A DNA stretch of 64,000 bases from Promethearchaeota archaeon (GTDB taxonomy: Archaea > Asgardarchaeota > Thorarchaeia > Thorarchaeales > Thorarchaeaceae). The notes below the pieces were generated by a model. The model was given only the letters and a program-made list of their open reading frames with translations, was not told the origin of the DNA and did not search any database. The position numbers were made by a program, and so were the translations under genes. Below are positions 57,547 to 64,000 of the stretch, piece after piece. The stretch is from NCBI GenBank assembly GCA_014728035.1, contig WJMJ01000096.1, forward strand, positions 1 to 64,000, in the 5' to 3' direction. Every line of letters starts with the position of its first letter. Within the stretch, counting starts at the first letter, position 1.

Positions 57547-59280
57547 TCAAATTGTAAATACACCACGCACTTCCCTCACAACCATTCCGGGAAGGTCTTC
57601 TACTGATTCTATGGGAATAAGAGTAGCACCTGCTCTAATTATTGAACGGAATCCTTTGCTGGAAATTTTTTTCTTATCAGATCCAATACAGAACATTATG
57701 AATTTGTGTCCTAGTCGAGTCAGCTTCTTCGCAGAACTTACCAAATTCTTCCAATTTGCAATCTCTGCATCTGTAATCATCAAGATGATAACATTAGACT
57801 CTGCTTCAGAACAAGCTTGGAGAATCTCGGTAGTAGGAGCAACGGTTCCGCCTCCCTGATAAGAAAGGAGAATCTTCTCAGCACTACTCCTTTCACGAGT
57901 CCAAGTAGATTTTCGTACGCCATCTGAAAAGTTGATTGCTGCTACCTTTGAGCCTTTTTGCACTGCAAAATCGATGGCAGCAAATGAAGCTACAAGAGCG
58001 GTATGATAAGACCCGGAAATGGAACTCTTTCGCATTGACCAAGTCATGGAGCCACTAGAATCAATAACCAACAACAAATCGGGAAAAGACTCGGATGAGG
58101 TATCACCGGATTGGTCTATCGATTGCCATCTACGAGTTGATAGATTGGGAATGAGAATAGGAAATGCTTGTAATGATTGAACAATGTCAAGTTCTTCCAC
58201 TGGGTCACCCAATCTCCATACCTGCGGAGCCAAAGGAGTGAAAGCTGCTGTGGACTTTTCTTTTATCTCGAAACGAATAATCGCTCGTGCTTTTGCTCTG
58301 TATAAGAATCGGGTCCAAGCACGACCACGAGTTCCGATTCCTGCAATAAAATATGCTCCTTTCAGGTCGTCTATACCACCGCCCCGTTGTTCAATCTCTT
58401 TGGCTAATCGTTCCATCTCTTCTTCAAGACCTAGAGCTTGATCTCGGTCTTTGCATCTTTTAGCCCGGTCTCCATTACGAACCTCAATGGGATTTCCCAT
58501 CACCGCATCAACATCTAATGGAACGAGTACAATATTCTCACCTTCTTCCTCATCCCCATCTTCAGAACTAATAATTCCACATCCAGCGAGTTTTGTATCA
58601 TCGGGATTCCATTCTTTGATTATTTTGGCAATTTTCCGAGTTGCTAGTTTCCATCTATTTTCTCGATGTATGTATTTCCTAGTTATAGAAACAATCTTCT
58701 TTGCCGCTGTAAATGTGGGGTCATCGATTAAAACAGAAGACGGGATTGTAAAGTCCCAAGCTTCATGATAACATGCAATAATGAGTTTCCATAGTGCACT
58801 ATGCACTTTGACACGCTTAGTAGAATCAAGTATTGAGGTTTCTATTCGTTTCCTTGTTAAATCAGGAAAGCGCTTTAGGAGTCCAGTATCTACTACTAGA
58901 TCTGCAAAAAGATTGCATACAAACATGGCAGTTGCATTGTTCACATGTTTGCTTGCTCCAGCAAACATCATGCCATTTAGAACACCATCAAAAGGACAAA
59001 TCAGGTAGTGTTGAATCTCATGATGACAAATAGAACGAGTATACGAAAATAGCTCGTCACCCTGCAAATGTGTAGGAATTCCAGCAGTATTCAGATATAC
59101 TGTCCAAGTGGTTGAATCAATGTAAAAGAAACTATTGGCCTGTTCTTCGTATTCTATGACTGGTTCAGGAAGAGGGGGATTATAGTAGTCGGATAGTGCC
59201 TTGAGCCAAGCAGACTTTGCTACATCAGAAATCTCAGAGATGAGATCATCCATCGACAATTCAGTACTTATATCAAGCAT
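57547..59280 (-). CDS. HExxH zincin-like domain fused to a VWA domain
   Basis: CHHEIQHY..P.D, NLFADLVVD; MIDAS DSSGSM, GGT, ITDA. ATG at 59280 after GGAGG. Confidence 0.82.
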   Translation of the reverse strand: MLDISTELSMDDLISEISDVAKSAWLKALSDYYNPPLPEPVIEYEEQANSFFYIDSTTWTVYLNTAGIPTHLQGDELFSYTRSICHHEIQHYLICPFDGVLNGMMFAGASKHVNNATAMFVCNLFADLVVDTGLLKRFPDLTRKRIETSILDSTKRVKVHSALWKLIIACYHEAWDFTIPSSVLIDDPTFTAAKKIVSITRKYIHRENRWKLATRKIAKIIKEWNPDDTKLAGCGIISSEDGDEEEGENIVLVPLDVDAVMGNPIEVRNGDRAKRCKDRDQALGLEEEMERLAKEIEQRGGGIDDLKGAYFIAGIGTRGRAWTRFLYRAKARAIIRFEIKEKSTAAFTPLAPQVWRLGDPVEELDIVQSLQAFPILIPNLSTRRWQSIDQSGDTSSESFPDLLLVIDSSGSMTWSMRKSSISGSYHTALVASFAAIDFAVQKGSKVAAINFSDGVRKSTWTRERSSAEKILLSYQGGGTVAPTTEILQACSEAESNVIILMITDAEIANWKNLVSSAKKLTRLGHKFIMFCIGSDKKKISSKGFRSIIRAGATLIPIESVEDLPGMVVREVRGVFTI

Positions 59281-60988
59281 CCTCCGATCCAATCTGTTCT
59301 TTAATTTCTTCTTTTAAGTCTACAGCATCGCTGCCACCGGATATCTCAAGAAAGACTTTGGATTCGGGAGAGTCCCCGGTCACATATATTATTAGAGTTA
59401 AACCGTCAGTTCTGATGACCTTGCGTTTTGGAGGGTTAAGGGTTTCTTTGAGTACACTGGTCATCCGAGGATGTTTGATTGAAATAATTGTCCACAAGTC
59501 TTGCCAAACATCAAAACTGGTTGAAAATTGAGATAAGGTGAGTTTATGCATTGCCTCTGAGACCTTATTTAGCAGCATACTACGATTCGGAAAGTCGGTC
59601 TTGTCTAAAAGCTCGGAGTGGAGTTTTGTGAGTGTGTCAACATCTCCTTTCTTAATGCTTTTTTCTATACTCTTGACCATTTTGATATATTTTTTCTTCT
59701 TCAATTCTTTTGCAAAGGCAAGATAATCCATGCGAACAAGAATGTCACTCTTTCCCATTTCTCTTAACTCGTCTGCAATCGAGCTTTCTGCAGTTCCATG
59801 CCGTAAATCATGGATCAATTGCATTGCAGCATCACGTTGAGCAAAACGGGTTGATGCCAGTTCAACCAAGTTCTCAGTAAAGATAAATCGATTTCCGTAG
59901 TAAGGAGATTTTTCAAGTTCATCGCGAGAATATTTCGTTCTGTGCCAGAAGACCAGAGGAGCTATTGATTTCACAATGTCAATACTTACCTCTTCCCCAC
60001 CAATTAGCCAAGCAACAGCTTTGCAATACCGGTTCAGATCTTTCGCAGCTCGTACACTAAGAGGAATCAAGACTTTATTACATACACTCTTTGATGTGTT
60101 GAAATGACATCCATCACAGAGACCTGTTTCTATGGTAAGGTCACTTGATTGGCTTTTGTCAACCCGAATACAGGCTCCAAACTCTCGAACAACAGAACGC
60201 ATGAATTCCGAAGCCTCTTCAGACACTGGCATCTTATCAGCTAGATTCCAAATTGTAAGGAGGTCCTCCTCTGATAGAATTGCAGGGACTTGCCACAGTT
60301 CATCATATCCAAATAGCTTCTCATCTCGTGATGCTAGTATCAATTCCAAATCATTTACCGTAGGCATAGTTATGGGTACAGCCATTCCGAACCGATCTAA
60401 AAAGGGTGGAGCCATATCGAATGTTCCCGCATCAGTTGGATTCATAGTCGCATAGAGACAGAAGTCTTCACAACGTTTGATTTCATCATAGTATTTCAGC
60501 TCTCCTTCTGCCAGCATAGAGAGAAGGATATTCTGAGCATGAGGTGTTAGTCTGTTTACCTCATCAATCATCTTCCAAAATCCAGTCACAAATCGTCTCC
60601 AGACAACAACTTCAACACCATCTTTCATCAATGGTCCTGGTTTTAGGGTTGCTACCATCTTCTCCTCTGTAAGTTGTGGATGACCTCTGAGAACTCCGTC
60701 TTCAATCTCATTCAGGGTCTTACCAGTCATCATTCTGCCTAATAATTTGATTAAGGTGGTTTTTCCACCACCATGACCACCTACGAGTAACATTGCCGAC
60801 CGTGGAACCAGAGCATTCAGCACCGCAGAGCCAACTATCAAAGGTAACCTGAAGGTCTTTGTCTTTGACTTTCTGGAGGGGGTGTGACGAATAGTAAGGT
60901 CTCCAGCATGAACAAAAAGCCCCCTACTCTCAACTGTTGTTATAACACGCCAAATATCATCCCGTAGTCGGTCACTATCAATACTCAT
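59273..60988 (-). CDS. MoxR-type AAA+ ATPase with Cys-rich insert
   Basis: GGHGGGKTT, IDEVNRL, ATMNP, PFLDRF, CDGCHF...C insert, SVRA. Confidence 0.88.
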   Translation of the reverse strand: MSIDSDRLRDDIWRVITTVESRGLFVHAGDLTIRHTPSRKSKTKTFRLPLIVGSAVLNALVPRSAMLLVGGHGGGKTTLIKLLGRMMTGKTLNEIEDGVLRGHPQLTEEKMVATLKPGPLMKDGVEVVVWRRFVTGFWKMIDEVNRLTPHAQNILLSMLAEGELKYYDEIKRCEDFCLYATMNPTDAGTFDMAPPFLDRFGMAVPITMPTVNDLELILASRDEKLFGYDELWQVPAILSEEDLLTIWNLADKMPVSEEASEFMRSVVREFGACIRVDKSQSSDLTIETGLCDGCHFNTSKSVCNKVLIPLSVRAAKDLNRYCKAVAWLIGGEEVSIDIVKSIAPLVFWHRTKYSRDELEKSPYYGNRFIFTENLVELASTRFAQRDAAMQLIHDLRHGTAESSIADELREMGKSDILVRMDYLAFAKELKKKKYIKMVKSIEKSIKKGDVDTLTKLHSELLDKTDFPNRSMLLNKVSEAMHKLTLSQFSTSFDVWQDLWTIISIKHPRMTSVLKETLNPPKRKVIRTDGLTLIIYVTGDSPESKVFLEISGGSDAVDLKEEIKEQIGSEDA

Positions 60989-61436
60989 TGCGACTCACAC
61001 TGAACGTATCTTAAATTAATCCAATCCTTATGGTCTCATCGGTTCCAGCGCGAAATCATTGATATCTAATCAGATTTGAGAATATTTTCGAGCTATTCTA
61101 CATTCTTTCAGTTTAGGACTGTCGAGATAGATAATGTTTGAATGCTGAAAAATATAGCAATTCCAAACGTTCTAGTAAGAGTCTATGGTTTTGCGATTGT
61201 AATGGCACTGTTAGAAATTGGAATGATGCTTCTACAAAAGCACAAGCAGGAAACAAAATGACATCTCTTGATAGAATCATCGGAAATTGTTTCATCAAGA
61301 AACGTGTTGTACGAAACCCCGCGAAAATGTGTTGTTGATAAGGGTATTTTAAAACACAAGCTATCTAATATAGTATGGAGGAAGCATTCTGCTCTAGCCA
61401 AAGCTATAATATGCTTTCAAGATAATCGACTCTAGC

Positions 61437-62528
61437 TTGACAGGATGGCGGTTGAAAGTGGGTGAAGACGACTCCTTTATTGAAATGGTCAGGTTAATAG
61501 CACCTGAAGAACTATCACTTGATAGAATAAGTCAAAGAAGTCTAATTAACTTTGGAGAACAATACATCTCAGCATTCAGAAGATCTATCGAGATGAAGGA
61601 CCAACTGAATGAGATGAATCTTCAATTTGGTGGGAGAGCTCTACTAATCGGACCAGAAGGAACAGACTTTGAGACCTTCATCACTCATATTGCAACTGAG
61701 ATTCCAATCAAAGTTATCCGTCTTAATCTCACAGAAGTGATTACTCACAAGGAGCAAATTCCAGAGATTATTCGATTCGTTTGTGAATATGCTCAAAGAA
61801 ATGCACCGTGTATCCTTTATATTGACCAGTTGGAACACATTGGAGTTCCCGATACCACAAATGCTACAATTCTCATGTCCGAATTGGACCAAATGAGCTG
61901 GGATGATAATGAGATTATTGTCATTGCATCATCTCACAGACCCCAAGAAATTGACACTTCGATAAGATCCGTTTTTGATAGGTCATTCATTGTGTCACAG
62001 CCAGATGCAAATGATAGATTGGCAGCTCTGGAAAGCATTTTACAAGAAAGAAAAGACCTAGATTTAACAGCCATATCGGAGTATACAGATGGATGGAGCT
62101 TTTCAGACATAAAGAAACTTGGAATAGCTCTACTTATGACAGAACCAAGTGCAGAGGGACAGATAAATCCTGAAGAACTGGAGCAAATAATTGCAGATAC
62201 TCATGTAATGCCGATATCAAATCCTGAAACGTTGAAGTATATCTTAACAGAGTCTAAACTGAAAACAAGCTCAAAGATTCAGAAATCAATAGATGCATAT
62301 CCAGAAGACTTCCTGGAGCAGTTATACCTTATGGCAGTGGGAGATAACTATCAAGACACACAAAGAATCATCGAGTCTCTTAATACAGGTCTTCCTCTGT
62401 CTGCACAGGACCAAGAGTTTCTTGGAAGATACCCGTTTCTTCTATCAGGAACACCAGAAGACAGACTGACTCATCTATTAAAGGCAAAGAAAAGTCATGA
62501 CCGACTATCAAGAATAATGGGAAGATAA
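61437..62528 (+). CDS. degenerate (probably inactive) classical AAA-domain protein
   Basis: LLIGPEGTDFET (broken Walker A), PCILYIDQ (Walker B E to Q), ASSHRPQEIDTSIRSVFDR, TDGWSFSDI lid motif. Confidence 0.75.
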   Translation: MTGWRLKVGEDDSFIEMVRLIAPEELSLDRISQRSLINFGEQYISAFRRSIEMKDQLNEMNLQFGGRALLIGPEGTDFETFITHIATEIPIKVIRLNLTEVITHKEQIPEIIRFVCEYAQRNAPCILYIDQLEHIGVPDTTNATILMSELDQMSWDDNEIIVIASSHRPQEIDTSIRSVFDRSFIVSQPDANDRLAALESILQERKDLDLTAISEYTDGWSFSDIKKLGIALLMTEPSAEGQINPEELEQIIADTHVMPISNPETLKYILTESKLKTSSKIQKSIDAYPEDFLEQLYLMAVGDNYQDTQRIIESLNTGLPLSAQDQEFLGRYPFLLSGTPEDRLTHLLKAKKSHDRLSRIMGR

Positions 62529-62544
62529 TAGGATTTGAAAACAA

Positions 62545-64000
62545 ATGGTGCGAAATACTGTTAGACTGGTAGCAGTCAAGCTTCACAATTTCCTCTCATT
62601 CTACAATGGAGTTGTTGAGTTTGATCCAGGTCTAACTGTTATTTTGGGCCCTAATGGTTCAGGAAAGACTTCCATTTTTCATGCCATAAAATTTGCATTA
62701 GGATCAAATCAGAGAGAGAACCGATATCGAAAGTGGAGCGATTTCATTCGCCACGGAGCATCGACTGCTGAGGTTGAGCTAACTGTAGAAACTGGAAATG
62801 GCCCTAAAACATTTAGAAGAAAGATTGACAGAGATGGTATTCCACGAGCCTATATTGATGGGAAACGTGTAAAGGCAGCTGAACTTCGTACTCAAGTTGA
62901 TGCACTCGGGTTTGATATTGATAATACACTTGTATTCATGCCTCAAGAACGAATCAATGCATTGAGAGATATGGACCCTATTGAAGTTAGGAAGCTGGTA
63001 GAAGAAGGAACCGGATTAGCAGTTCTTCGTGACAGAATCGCACTCCAAGAAGTAGAAGTCAGACAAAGCCGCCAACGTCTTGATAGTGCGACTCTTGAAT
63101 CACAGATGGTGGAAAAAGAATTAGAGTTTTTGAAAACCGATCTGGCTAGATTGGCTAAGAAAAGAACCCTTCAACAAGATGAGCAGAAACTGAGAATTGA
63201 ACTAAAATGGGCTTCACTGGATGACGTATCAAAGAATATCGACCAAACCAGATTCGACATTGAAGAAATGGAATCAGGATTAAGTACAACTCTTGAAGAG
63301 ATAAGCTCTCTAAAGGCACAGCTCGAATCAGAGGAGAACGAAGCAAATACTCTGGATACACAATTGAACTCTCTTCAGCAAGAAATGGGTAAAATTGATG
63401 CTAAGATCGATCAGCAAGAACGAGTTTTGGATAAAATAAAGGATGACTCAAAACAACTAACCCAAGAGATACGTCAATTAGATCAAGAGGTTCGAGCTGA
63501 AAAGCGAAAGAAAAAGAAACTTCAGAAAGAACTACGAAGAGCATCAAAGACTGTAGAGGAGCTGCTTGACAAACAAGTCACACTCCAAGAAGAACTTGAA
63601 AAGATCGAGGATGAGAGAACCAAGATTGAAGATGAGCTAGCAGCATTTTCAGAATGGAACGCTGAAAGAGCAGAAGTGCATGGTGCATACAAATCATTAC
63701 AAGCTGAAGTTCAAGGGAAAGATGTCTTGATTAGAAGTCTGCGAGAAAGGTTACAGATTGAGGAGGCTGAACTCCAAGCTATTGAAAATAGATGGGGCGA
63801 GTCATGGGGAGTTATGGAGAAAGCTGACGAAAAAGAACTCGTACTGCAAAAGGGAGAGATTGAGAGAAAACTAGCATCAATCAACGAAGAACGGTTTGCT
63901 ATTTCTAGTAAGGTATCACAACTCCAAAAAGAAATCAAGGATATTCAAATCCAGCTTTCTGAATCATCACTAAGAGTACCTGAAAGCGTACGGGAACTAA
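62545..64000 (+). CDS. SMC-family ATPase, SMC5/6-like head plus coiled coil (partial, runs off the window end)
   Basis: Absent from the ORF track; translated by hand: MVRNTVRLVAVKLHNFLSFY..GLTVILGPNGSGKTSIFHAIKFALG..SDFIRHG..AEVEL..GFDIDNTLVFMPQERI, then a long heptad coiled coil. Frame is open to 64000. Confidence 0.88.
   Translation, partial: MVRNTVRLVAVKLHNFLSFYNGVVEFDPGLTVILGPNGSGKTSIFHAIKFALGSNQRENRYRKWSDFIRHGASTAEVELTVETGNGPKTFRRKIDRDGIPRAYIDGKRVKAAELRTQVDALGFDIDNTLVFMPQERINALRDMDPIEVRKLVEEGTGLAVLRDRIALQEVEVRQSRQRLDSATLESQMVEKELEFLKTDLARLAKKRTLQQDEQKLRIELKWASLDDVSKNIDQTRFDIEEMESGLSTTLEEISSLKAQLESEENEANTLDTQLNSLQQEMGKIDAKIDQQERVLDKIKDDSKQLTQEIRQLDQEVRAEKRKKKKLQKELRRASKTVEELLDKQVTLQEELEKIEDERTKIEDELAAFSEWNAERAEVHGAYKSLQAEVQGKDVLIRSLRERLQIEEAELQAIENRWGESWGVMEKADEKELVLQKGEIERKLASINEERFAISSKVSQLQKEIKDIQIQLSESSLRVPESVREL

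Noticed and set aside
61113-61401. Three short overlapping ORFs, some Cys-rich, between MoxR and the pseudo-AAA gene
   Set aside because: Mutually overlapping, with no SD or motif support; probably a divergent promoter region.
279-63938. Numerous 60-195 aa antisense or alternate-frame ORFs in the track (e.g. 8830-9330, 11541-12128, 12652-13152, 52876-53325, 63711-63938)
   Set aside because: They lie within or opposite well-supported genes and have shadow-ORF composition.

Overview
Gene-dense, roughly 38-40% GC (judged by eye) archaeal chromosome segment. The gene content points to an Asgard archaeon, most likely Thorarchaeia (inference): rps17e, a group II chaperonin, an ATP-dependent DNA ligase, the HMGCS-thiolase-DUF35 trio, a Rab-like small GTPase, longin-type domains, V4R/Bet3-like domains and giant Ig-repeat surface proteins. 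Housekeeping blocks are metG, folE2/mptA with queD, lig, korAB-fumC-sdhAB (interrupted by an MvaI/BcnI-type restriction-modification pair), thermosome, trxB, the mevalonate entry genes, a CoaD-DPCK fusion, Nnr and NfnAB/SudAB. The most striking signal is a candidate membrane-receptor/small-GTPase signalling toolkit with four parts. (1) A tight operon of a Rab-like GTPase, an 83-aa C..C/HxDH putative Zn-binding protein and a 7TM protein with a helix-8-like tail (414-1947). (2) A neighbouring 7TM-longin fusion. (3) A second copy of the same C..C/HxDH domain fused to a V4R/Bet3-like domain, downstream of an APC amino-acid permease. (4) A 1562-aa Ig-repeat/TM/longin receptor-like protein. Other points of note: a three-hairpin structured RNA candidate at about 15.26-15.35 kb, a tandem palindromic operator on the thermosome promoter, a ubiquitin-like protein with a masked GG, a MoxR plus HExxH-VWA pair, and a pseudo-AAA gene directly upstream of an SMC5/6-like gene that the ORF track missed. 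No tRNA, rRNA, CRISPR array or transposase was recognised. All assignments come from motif reading by eye; no searches were run.
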